NCBI GenBank assembly: GCA_947259105.1
Contig: CAMYKU010000005.1
Location: 9,530 to 73,529 of the forward strand
From: an uncultured Alphaproteobacteria bacterium
GTDB taxonomy: Bacteria > Pseudomonadota > Alphaproteobacteria > UBA8366 > JADFVY01
Direction of reading: 5' to 3'
DNA: 64,000 nucleotides
Shown: positions 46,963-55,579 of the stretch, one piece after another
How positions within the stretch are numbered: position 1 is the stretch's first letter
How the letters are laid out: every line of letters begins with the position of its first letter
Notes under the pieces: generated by a model
What the model was told of the DNA's origin: nothing
Databases searched by the model: none
What the model saw: the letters and a program-made list of their open reading frames with translations, nothing else
Program-made: the position numbers and the translations under genes

Positions 46963-48657
46963 CTAGTCGGACCCGTGCTGGTGGTGTCCGTGTCCGCGCC
47001 CATGGCCGCGGTGGTGGCCGTAGCCGTGGCCGTTGGACGTCCCACGAACCCTGGCCAGTTCACCCCAGAACGGCGTCACTTCGAAGACACTGACCACGCC
47101 GCTGCCTTCGTTGGCGGCATAGACGAACAGCGAACCGTCCGATCTGAGGTAACCAATGCCTTCCGGCGCCTGGCTGCCCAACTCGGTTCCCGGATTGACC
47201 GGGGCCACGTTGACCACGGCCGGATTCGCGGGATCGGCCAGCGAAACGAGCGCGACGGAGTCGGCCCGCTCCAGCCCGACGGCGGCATAGGTGGTGCCGT
47301 GATAGCGGAACGTCACGAGGTTCTCCGGCTCGGACCCCTTGCTGTCGCTGCGGCCGTCCGGATAGACACCCGGGAACGGGATGCCGTCGATCTCATAGGC
47401 CGCGGCGAAGTCGATCTGGTTGCCGGTATCGCCGAGCAGGTCACCCGTTTCCGCATCGAACACGCTGACGGTGCGGCCTCCGGCGGTCGGCAGACCAGCC
47501 GGTGTCTTCGAGGCCTTCGGATCGGTATCGCCCTCGTCGGCGGTTACGAAATACCGGCCGTCGGGAGTGACCGCGATGCCGTCGGGCTCGCGAAGCGCGA
47601 CCAGCGTATCGCTGAAATCGACAAATGCCGGATCGTCGTCGGACAGGTCGGCGGCATGCGTCGTGATGCCAAGACCGTAGCATACGACGAGTTTACCATC
47701 CTCTACGTCGATCACCGCAACGCCGTTATTCTCCTGCAGGACGACATACGCTGTCTCGCCGTCACTGGAAAACGCTGCGAGTTCCGGCTCGAGGAATCTT
47801 GGCGAATTGTCGAGCAGCGGGATCATCACCAGTTCGCCCGCTTCCTCGTTCCCCCACACTTCTTGGCCGTCGATGAAACCGGCCAGGAAATCCAGATCCT
47901 CGATCACGCCGTTGCCGTTGTAATCGAAGCCACCCACGCCGTCTTCGAACTCGTCGGCGATTTCGCCGTCGCCGTTCAGATCGACTCCGCGCTCCAGGAA
48001 GCGGTTGTGGGCACTGCTGACCATGCCTTCAGTACCAGTTTCGTCGGTGAGCGCAACCTGAGTCGCGGTCGCGTCTTCAGGGCCATCCTCCAGATCGACG
48101 ATCGTCACGCTGCCGTCCGGCGAGCTGAACTCACCGGTCGCGGAATTGAAGGTGAACGATTCTCCCTCGTTCGACACCACGGCGTAATCGCCCTGCCGGT
48201 TGATTACCACGGCATCGGGCTCGGAGCCCGACACGAGGCATTTCAGCACCGCTCCGCTGCTCGCATCGCGGATCTCGATCCGGCTGTTCGGCACGCCGCC
48301 CTTGTCGCAGCTTTTGCCGGTGCCGCCCTCGACTTCGATCGCAACGATGAAATAGTCGTCGTCCGGGTGGAACGCGACGGAGGTGATGCCCTCACCGGAG
48401 CCCAGGCCCAGGTCGAAAACGGCGGCCGTTGCCGGCGCAGCCGGATCGCTCAGATCCAGGATGGTAATGGTGCCTTCCGCCGAGTTGGTCAGCGCGGCGC
48501 GGGCAGTCGAGCCCTGCACGCTGATGACTTCCGTTCCCTCGCCGGTTCCACTGTCCCAGTGGCCGACGAGATTCAGGCCTGGCTCGGCCAGAACGGGTGA
48601 ACCGGACGCCAGAATCAGCGCCAGGCCCGCACAAAACGTCGTTGAAATATTCCTCAT
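46963..48657 (-). CDS. Secreted beta-propeller protein, choice-of-anchor-I / alkaline-phosphatase-associated type, with a His-rich tail
   Basis: Signal peptide, EPD, VSNEGE, DGSVTIVD, LEPE, LQENN, ADEGD, DGRSDSKGSEPE, VGLER, APEG and ANEGSG. Tail GHGYGHHRGHGRGHGHHQHG. Confidence 0.8.
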   Translation of the reverse strand: MRNISTTFCAGLALILASGSPVLAEPGLNLVGHWDSGTGEGTEVISVQGSTARAALTNSAEGTITILDLSDPAAPATAAVFDLGLGSGEGITSVAFHPDDDYFIVAIEVEGGTGKSCDKGGVPNSRIEIRDASSGAVLKCLVSGSEPDAVVINRQGDYAVVSNEGESFTFNSATGEFSSPDGSVTIVDLEDGPEDATATQVALTDETGTEGMVSSAHNRFLERGVDLNGDGEIADEFEDGVGGFDYNGNGVIEDLDFLAGFIDGQEVWGNEEAGELVMIPLLDNSPRFLEPELAAFSSDGETAYVVLQENNGVAVIDVEDGKLVVCYGLGITTHAADLSDDDPAFVDFSDTLVALREPDGIAVTPDGRYFVTADEGDTDPKASKTPAGLPTAGGRTVSVFDAETGDLLGDTGNQIDFAAAYEIDGIPFPGVYPDGRSDSKGSEPENLVTFRYHGTTYAAVGLERADSVALVSLADPANPAVVNVAPVNPGTELGSQAPEGIGYLRSDGSLFVYAANEGSGVVSVFEVTPFWGELARVRGTSNGHGYGHHRGHGRGHGHHQHGSD

Positions 48658-48770
48658 CACTGTCTCCAATTTCCTTTTTCCAAGAAATTATTTCATGGTC
48701 GGACCTCGACCATCCACCCGGTACTCCTCGTTGTTGAACCCAGCTTTCCATTGTATGTGCGGCGGCGGGC

Positions 48771-50474
48771 CTAGCTTGCCAGCCGGCCCCCCGCGCCATC
48801 CTTCAATACGTGGCCGGAGGATGCCTCCCCCGTGATCTTCAATCCCTCGAGAAACGTCTCGATTTCCTTGTTCAGCAGGTCGGACTGTCCGGAAAGGCTC
48901 TCCGCCGCCTCCAGAACCTGGGCCGCCGAGGCGCCGGTCTCTCCGGCGACCTGACGGACCTCCTCGATACTGTTCGAGACCACCTGGGTCCCGGCTGCCG
49001 CCTCCTGCACGCTGCGGGCGATCTCCTGCGTCGAGGAATCCTGTTCCTCGATGGCCGCCGCGATGGCCGCCGAATTGTCGCTGATTCGCTGGATGATCCC
49101 GAGAATTCCGTGGGTCGCCTCCACGGTCTTGCCCGTCGCCTGCTGCACTTCCTCGACCTGCATGGCGATCTCGCCGGTTGCATGCGCGGTTTGCTTGGCG
49201 AGGTTCTTGACCTCCTGGGCGACCACCGCGAAGCCCTTGCCGGCCTCGCCGGCGCGGGCCGCCTCGATCGTCGCATTGAGCGCCAGCAGATTGATCTTGC
49301 TCGCGATCTTGTTGATCAAATCGACAACCTGGCTGATCCTTTCCGCAGCGCGCGCAAGATCCTGCACGGTCACATCGATTTCCTTGGCGGCGGATGTCGC
49401 CCGCGCGGCCACCTGGCTGGAGTCCACGATCTGGCGACTGATTTCCTTGACGGAACTCGACAATTGCTCGGTCGCCGTGGCCGCGGTCTGAACATTCATC
49501 GACGACTCCTCCGAGGCGCTGGCCACGGCAGTCGATTGCTGGTTGTTGTGGTCGGCATAGGCTGTCATCGACTTTGCGGTTGCCTCCAGCTGCGTGGACG
49601 CGGTCGAAACGCTGGTGACAATCGCCTTGACACTGGCGTCGAAGTGCCTGGCCAGACGCTCCATGGTCTGGCGTTTCTCCCGGCGAAGATCCTCCTCGAT
49701 CTGGTCCTGCTCGGCCTCGATACGTTCCTTTTCGTCGATGGCGTCTCTGAACACCCGGACGGCGTGGGCCATCTGGACGATTTCATTTTCCTCCGAGCGA
49801 TCGGCCAGCGTCACGTCGCCGTGCGCGCGGGCCAGGTCCAGAAGTTGCTCGATAATGCGGGCCAGCGGCGCGCTGACCAGCCGCCGGAACATGACGATGA
49901 GGAAGGCGATGGACCCCAGCAGGATCGCGGCCGACAGCATGGACGATCTTTGCCACGAAGCGGTGAGGCCGGCTTCGACTCCTCTGAAATCCCAGAAGAT
50001 CAGCACGTGGCCGGCGGGCACGACCTTGCTGTACTTGGCCTGGTAATAGACCGAAGGGGCGGAAACGACGGCGTAGCTATCCGCCATGCGATGCTCGGGC
50101 TTGTCGGAAAGCGCAACGACATTATCCGACAAGCTGTCGGGTAACAGGTCCGCGTCCTTGTCGCGCCATTCATACACCACCGTGCCACTGCTGTTGAGCG
50201 CGACGACCGCCAGCAGGTCAGTCATCGTCTCCAGCGCCAGCGTTTCATGGACCTGACCGAACACGGCACTTTTCCGCCACCGCAATGCCCCCGCCATGGC
50301 GGAGGCGAGCAGGCCGGTCTGCACTTTCTTGTTCTCGATGACCAGGTCGGTGGCGCTGGACCGTTCATTCATGCCTTGAACGGCGATCAGGATCGCGAAA
50401 GACACGGCGAAAATTCCGGCGACCACCATGATCGCGCGTCCCTGGAAACTCTTTGTTCCAAATTTCGAAAACAT
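48771..50474 (-). CDS. Methyl-accepting chemotaxis protein
   Basis: TM-periplasmic-TM-HAMP architecture, with [33 protein letters not shown]. Confidence 0.95.
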   Translation of the reverse strand: MFSKFGTKSFQGRAIMVVAGIFAVSFAILIAVQGMNERSSATDLVIENKKVQTGLLASAMAGALRWRKSAVFGQVHETLALETMTDLLAVVALNSSGTVVYEWRDKDADLLPDSLSDNVVALSDKPEHRMADSYAVVSAPSVYYQAKYSKVVPAGHVLIFWDFRGVEAGLTASWQRSSMLSAAILLGSIAFLIVMFRRLVSAPLARIIEQLLDLARAHGDVTLADRSEENEIVQMAHAVRVFRDAIDEKERIEAEQDQIEEDLRREKRQTMERLARHFDASVKAIVTSVSTASTQLEATAKSMTAYADHNNQQSTAVASASEESSMNVQTAATATEQLSSSVKEISRQIVDSSQVAARATSAAKEIDVTVQDLARAAERISQVVDLINKIASKINLLALNATIEAARAGEAGKGFAVVAQEVKNLAKQTAHATGEIAMQVEEVQQATGKTVEATHGILGIIQRISDNSAAIAAAIEEQDSSTQEIARSVQEAAAGTQVVSNSIEEVRQVAGETGASAAQVLEAAESLSGQSDLLNKEIETFLEGLKITGEASSGHVLKDGAGGRLAS

Positions 50475-50649
50475 GATCGCAACCTTCCCCCTGGACGGCT
50501 TCGACAAATGCCGCGTCCGTAATTTTGTTACGTTCGCAAATACGCACCGGCAGCACGCCGTCGCTGTATCTGCGCCTCACTGATCCGTATCAAACCTCTC
50601 TGTTGGCCCCGTTCGGTCGCATTGCTTCACGCTTCACGGCAGACCCGCT

Positions 50650-50685
50650 CCGTCGCGGGACCCGGCTGGCCGGGTACCGCGACGG
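50650..50685. other. Strong intergenic hairpin between the periplasmic sensor gene and the MCP gene
   Basis: CCGTCGCGG-G-ACCCGGC-TG-GCCGGGT-A-CCGCGACGG, 16 nt after the stop at 50702. Confidence 0.6.
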
Positions 50686-50701
50686 CAGCGTTCCGCCTGG
50701 T

Positions 50702-51277
50702 TCACAAATCGTCGATATTGATGCCCACGGTCACGGCGCCGATGGCCTTGCCCGTGTCCGGGTCCCTGACAGTGAAATTGGCCTGGGACTGCATCGCCTG
50801 GGTCGAATTGTCGAACTCGACCTCGTCGACGAACACGGCGTCCGGACCGACCTGGAAGGTTTTCGTGAACTTCACTTCTTCGCCTTGCCAGATATCGGAA
50901 TTCGGGCTGGACTGCGCGATGCTGAGACCCATCGCGTCGATCACGCCGATTTCGTTGATCCTGTTGCCGTCGCTCTCGATCACCTTGCGCATGCGCGCGG
51001 CCAGCGAATTCTCGACGACGCTGTCGATCAGCGGGCGGCTGGAACTGTCGATTTCCTTCTGCCAGACCGCTTCAAGCTTGTCGATGTCCGACTGGGTCAT
51101 TTGGCTGCGCTTGGCATTCGAGGCGCGCAGCGCTTCGATCAGGTCGTCCTGCACGATCATCGACATGATTTCGGGCAGGGCATTCTTGATGGGTTTGACA
51201 TGAGGGTCTTCCGCGAAAGCGGGCGATCCTGCAATCGCTATGAGGCCCGCCGTAATGATTGTAATGGCGCGTAGCAT
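50702..51277 (-). CDS. Stand-alone periplasmic PDC/Cache-like sensor protein
   Basis: Signal peptide, EIGVIDAMGLSIAQS..SDIWQGEEVKF, VFVDEVEFD.ST and DPDTGKAIGAVTVGIN. No TM or output domain. Confidence 0.8.
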   Translation of the reverse strand: MLRAITIITAGLIAIAGSPAFAEDPHVKPIKNALPEIMSMIVQDDLIEALRASNAKRSQMTQSDIDKLEAVWQKEIDSSSRPLIDSVVENSLAARMRKVIESDGNRINEIGVIDAMGLSIAQSSPNSDIWQGEEVKFTKTFQVGPDAVFVDEVEFDNSTQAMQSQANFTVRDPDTGKAIGAVTVGINIDDL

Positions 51278-51341
51278 ACCGTCCTCTTCCTTAGCAGTTT
51301 CACAGTGTACGAATTTCTACCGTAGAGTGCCCCGAAACTTA

Positions 51342-51422
51342 TTAATAAATCGTTGATCGAAATAAAAACTGCACGAGTTATTATTTTACAGTCTATTAGA
51401 CATTTTCCGTCATGTTAACCAT
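51342..51422. promoter_or_regulatory. CtrA-like motifs upstream of the sensor-MCP pair
   Basis: TTAA-TAAATCG-TTGA (51342-56) and TTAACCAT (51415-22). Confidence 0.4.
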
Positions 51423-51652
51423 ATCGTTTAAGGAGAGAAACTTAGCGATAATTGCTTTTTCAGAATTGCAGTGGGTTCGATAAAATTTTGTCGTAAAAAT
51501 TGTATAAATCATGCTGGCGGGATTTAACGGACGCTCCCCAAAGAGCGCCCTGGCGTTGTACAGGCCGATATTTCAGCGGAGATTCGCCGGCCGGGCGAAG
51601 GCAGGGTGAGGGCCCGGAGTGCCGCGAGCGTGGCTTCGCCTTGCGATCCGCT

Positions 51653-52924
51653 CTAGCCGAAAATGTCGGCAGTGATGCCGGCGTACCAGGCCTCGCCGGC
51701 CAAGCCCGCCGCGGCCCGAGTCGAATCGCTCTCGCCGGTCGGGCTGATATCCAGTTCGATACGCTGCAGCGCGCCGGCAACCGCGGCGAATGCCGCCCGT
51801 TCATACACCGCATGAGCGGGGGCGACATGGCTCCAGCAGGCGCCGCCCAGCACGGTCGCCTCCGCCTTATCCCCGGAAAAGGCCTCCAGGATCGCCCGGG
51901 CGCAGGCTTTCGCCTGCTGGTACGCGGCATAGGCCGCCTTGGGCATGGGCGATGCCAGCGCAGCATCGCCGATGACGTGGATGCCCGGCTGATGCGTGGA
52001 TTCGAACGTCATGGGATCGACGGGGCACCAGCCGCGCCGGTCCGCCAGATCCGACTGCAGGGCGATCCGTCCGGCCGTTTGCGGCGGGATCACGTTGGCG
52101 ACGGCAACCTCGAACGCCTCGTCCACGGCCATGACGGTCATGGTCGACGGATTCACCCCTTTGACGCCACCCGAGAAATCGGCGGGCAGGACCTCGATCA
52201 TGCCGGGATAAAACCGCGTCCACGCCTCTTCGAACAGGTCCTGCAGCGGAAAATTGTTCTTGGCATCCAGGATGATGATCCTGGCATTCGGCTTCTCGCG
52301 CTTGAAATAATGCGCGACCAGCGATGCCCTCTCATAAGGCGCGGTCGGGCAGCGATAGGGCGTGTCCGGCGGCGCGATCAGGAACGTGCCGCCGTCTTCC
52401 ATGGCCTCCAGCTGCCGGCGCAGCAGTTCCGTCTGCTCGCCGCCCTGCCAGGCATGCGGCATGATCTTCGCCGCCTCGGGGCCATAGCCGTCGATCGCGT
52501 CCCACCGGAAGTCAATGCCGGGCGCAACGATCAGCCGGTCCCAGGGCAGCACATCTCCGCCGGCGAGGCGCACCGTCCGCCCGGCCGGATCGATCGCGAC
52601 CGCCACCTGGTGCATGAGCTTCACGCCATAGCGTTCCGACACGGCGTCATAGCTATGGGTCAGAGATTCCAGCGAGCGCAGCCCGCCGATATACAGGTTG
52701 GAAAAGAAACAGGTTACGTAGTTGCTCTTGGGCTCGACCAGGGTGATATCCAGCCCCTTGCCGGCCGCCGCGAGCGACCGTGCCGCCGTCGCGCCGCCCG
52801 CGCCGCCTCCGATCACCACGACCCGGCCATTGGCGGCCCGCGCGTCCCGCCGCCACAGGTAGGGTGCGGCGACCAGTGCCGCACCCGTCGCCTTCAGGAA
52901 GTGTCGCCGCCGCGTCCCTGCCAT
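51653..52924 (-). CDS. Second FccB/SoxF-like flavoprotein
   Basis: Tat signal RRRHFLK, GGGAGG, TCFFSN, PHAW, RCPTAPYER and GACWS. Same C-terminus (WYAGI.ADIFG) as 45054..46322. Confidence 0.9.
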   Translation of the reverse strand: MAGTRRRHFLKATGAALVAAPYLWRRDARAANGRVVVIGGGAGGATAARSLAAAGKGLDITLVEPKSNYVTCFFSNLYIGGLRSLESLTHSYDAVSERYGVKLMHQVAVAIDPAGRTVRLAGGDVLPWDRLIVAPGIDFRWDAIDGYGPEAAKIMPHAWQGGEQTELLRRQLEAMEDGGTFLIAPPDTPYRCPTAPYERASLVAHYFKREKPNARIIILDAKNNFPLQDLFEEAWTRFYPGMIEVLPADFSGGVKGVNPSTMTVMAVDEAFEVAVANVIPPQTAGRIALQSDLADRRGWCPVDPMTFESTHQPGIHVIGDAALASPMPKAAYAAYQQAKACARAILEAFSGDKAEATVLGGACWSHVAPAHAVYERAAFAAVAGALQRIELDISPTGESDSTRAAAGLAGEAWYAGITADIFG

Positions 52925-52975
52925 GCATCCCATCCGACCAAGCCAGAGGCGGGCGCCTCCAGACCGCCACTATAC

Positions 52976-52991
52976 ATTCGAAATTTCGCAT
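52976..52991. promoter_or_regulatory. ATTC-N8-GAAT-like site upstream of the second fccB
   Basis: ATTC-GAAATTTC-GCAT, one mismatch, with a palindromic core CGAAATTTCG. Confidence 0.45.
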
Positions 52992-53067
52992 GTTAAGGGC
53001 GATATCGTGCCGCCGGTCTGCGATTTCGCAGGACCGCCCGTGCGCGGATCTTGATCCCGCCGGGGTT

Positions 53068-53763
53068 TCAGGCGGTGCGTGTTCTGCCCGGCGGCGCGCT
53101 GCGGCCGCTGCCGGCCGCCACCTCGATGATCTCCCAGCCCCGGGCCCGCGCTTCGCCGGCGAGGCGCCGATCGGGGCGGACCGCAACCGGCCGCGCGACT
53201 TGCGCCAGCAGCGGGAGGTCGTGGATCGAATCGGCATAGGCCGCTGCCTCGGCAAGGCGTGCCCCGTGCCGGGCGCAGAGATCGGCCGCCGCTGTCACCT
53301 TCTCCTCCCCCAGCGGGTGGAAGATCGGCGGTGTTGCGACAAAGCGTCGCGCCTGCAGGGCATAGCGGGCGGCCTGCCAGCCGTCGGCGCCGACCCGTTC
53401 CGCCAGTGGACCGGCCAGGAACTCCGGGGTCCCGGTCAGCAGCAGGATGGCGTCGCCGGCACGGCGGTGCTCGTCCATGCGCTGCAACAACACCCGGTCG
53501 ATCAAGGCATCCAGATCCCGTTCGACGAAGTCCCGCGCGATGGCGGCCACGTCGTCGAGCGCGAGGCCGGCGAGATAAGCCTTGTTCCTGCGAAAGACAT
53601 GCCGCCCGTAGCGCAGCCCGTTGGCCAGCGTGAACCAGCCGGCGGCGACCGCCTGCCGCGGCCCGATCGCACCGCGCCGCAGAAGATGGCGTATGAACAG
53701 GGCTTCGCTGCTGTGCGATCCGGTCAGCAGTGTTCCGTCGACATCGAATAGCGCTGCGTTCAC
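53068..53763 (-). CDS. HAD-IB family phosphatase
   Basis: LFDVDGTL, LLTGTP, GEEK and YADSIHDLPLL. GTGA overlap with the upstream gene. Confidence 0.9.
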   Translation of the reverse strand: MNAALFDVDGTLLTGSHSSEALFIRHLLRRGAIGPRQAVAAGWFTLANGLRYGRHVFRRNKAYLAGLALDDVAAIARDFVERDLDALIDRVLLQRMDEHRRAGDAILLLTGTPEFLAGPLAERVGADGWQAARYALQARRFVATPPIFHPLGEEKVTAAADLCARHGARLAEAAAYADSIHDLPLLAQVARPVAVRPDRRLAGEARARGWEIIEVAAGSGRSAPPGRTRTA

Positions 53764-54410
53764 TCCGCCGCCTCGTGATAGATCCTCTCAGGCGCCGGCG
53801 CCGCCGCGGAGGCCGGCTTCGCACCCAGGAACTCTATCACAACGGGCGCGCCGCGCACGAGGCACAGAGCCACCGAGATCCACACCAGAACGGTCAGAAC
53901 GGCGCCGGCCGGGCCACCGGCCTCCGCCCAGAAACCGGGGTAAAGCACGGGCAGGGGCTGAAGCAGCAGCGCAAGGCCGAACGTGGCCATCTTGACGGTG
54001 TTGTAGAAGCCGCGCATGAAACGACCGCCCACCAGAAACCGGCCGACGGGCGACTGCATCATTTCGAACGGCGCAACGCCTTCGGACGCGGCGGCGGAAT
54101 TGCGGATCGCGTCGACGATATTGCCGCGCAGGATGAACACGATGGCGGCCCAGATCGGCACCAGCCCGATATGGCCCAGCACGACCCACAGAACCGTTTC
54201 GACCACCCGGTCGGCGGCGATGTCGAAGGTCGCGCCGAACAGCGACGTTTCGCCGAAAGCGCGGGCGACGAACCCGTCCAGCGCATCCATCAGCATGATG
54301 AGGACCAGCAGCGGAAGGCTCCACAATTGCCATGCCGGCGGCGCCCAGTAGATCATGCCCACCAGGACGAAGAGCAACAAGAGCCGGCAGAGTGTGACCA
54401 GATTTGCCAT
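53760..54410 (-). CDS. CDP-alcohol phosphatidyltransferase
   Basis: ANLVTLCR and the signature DALDGFVARAFGETSLFGATFDIAADR. RBS GGAGG. Confidence 0.92.
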   Translation of the reverse strand: MANLVTLCRLLLLFVLVGMIYWAPPAWQLWSLPLLVLIMLMDALDGFVARAFGETSLFGATFDIAADRVVETVLWVVLGHIGLVPIWAAIVFILRGNIVDAIRNSAAASEGVAPFEMMQSPVGRFLVGGRFMRGFYNTVKMATFGLALLLQPLPVLYPGFWAEAGGPAGAVLTVLVWISVALCLVRGAPVVIEFLGAKPASAAAPAPERIYHEAAE

Positions 54411-54552
54411 GTGGGTGCCTCCGCATTGCGTGCGCATCGCGCGCCGGTCCAGTCCGGGCGGGCGATGCCGTTGTCGGTACGCAAGCAATGTTAACGGTCC
54501 TGGCTCTTAGAAATCGTTAAGAGAAGCAGCAATCCCCTGCAAAATAGCAGCA

Positions 54553-55137
54553 CTATTGGGGTGCTTCGGCGCGATCCCGGAACGCCGTCGTCATCGCGCC
54601 CGCATAACCGGCCTGCCAGGGACCGTACAGAGCAAGCCACGCGATGAAGTGGCTTTCGGCGGCGACGGGCGCGGCCAGCAGCGCGCCCAGTCCCGCACCG
54701 GCACCGATCGTCGCGAGGAACACGCGCCGATGCCTGAAATCCGGCATTATCCAGGCGGACAACGCCGTCAGCATGGCCGCCCCGACGGCGCCGGCGATTA
54801 TCCCGACCAGGAAGATGTTCGACAGCGCGCTGACCAGAACCGTTACGGAGAGATGGTACGCCACCCCATACGAAGCCGTGGAAGCGGCGATATAGGCGGG
54901 GTAACGCCAGCCACCCAGCATGCCCTTCCGCCGAAGCGCCAGCCCCGCGACGACGCCGAAAACAAGCCCCGGTCCAATCGACAACGGGCTGAGATCCAGA
55001 GTGATCAGGCCGAGATTCAGGTGTTCCTCGAGATGCATGCTGTTCCACTCGGGAATGAAGATGGTCAGGGTGGCGGCCACTCCCGACCCCGCGCCCATCG
55101 CAGTCCAGACCGCAAGTCTCTTCCAGTGGTATGCCAT
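54553..55137 (-). CDS. Hypothetical membrane protein
   Basis: About six Gly/Ala-rich hydrophobic segments. RBS AAGGAG. Confidence 0.7.
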   Translation of the reverse strand: MAYHWKRLAVWTAMGAGSGVAATLTIFIPEWNSMHLEEHLNLGLITLDLSPLSIGPGLVFGVVAGLALRRKGMLGGWRYPAYIAASTASYGVAYHLSVTVLVSALSNIFLVGIIAGAVGAAMLTALSAWIMPDFRHRRVFLATIGAGAGLGALLAAPVAAESHFIAWLALYGPWQAGYAGAMTTAFRDRAEAPQ

Positions 55138-55579
55138 CCCGCGCTCCTTCTCATTTCGGGTATTGTCGCCGATGGCGAGCACGATAATTCCGCGTTGCCC
55201 GGCGCGCGGCGAAGGCCGGCGAACGGATCCTCGCGCTGGAGGAATTCCGCCAGCACCGGGGCGCCCCGCAGGAAAGCCGCAGGCTGGGCGTTAACGATAA
55301 TTATACCGCAATCGATCAATTTGAGGAGCAGCTTCCCGGCGTGATGAAAGGGTCCGCGGAGGCACCGAACCGAGCGTCGGAACCGGCGGCGGGCAAGGTC
55401 CGACTCCGGATTGCGGCGACGGTGAAGACCGGCCCCGATGTCGCCCGCGGCGTTCTGGAACCGCGTCCCGCATCGGATTGGAAGAGCGGATTACGGGTTC
55501 AGCGTCGGCCCCGGCAGGATATCGGATGGCGCGGATTCGGTCGAACCGCGAGGATCCTCAGCAAGATGGAAACAGCACG

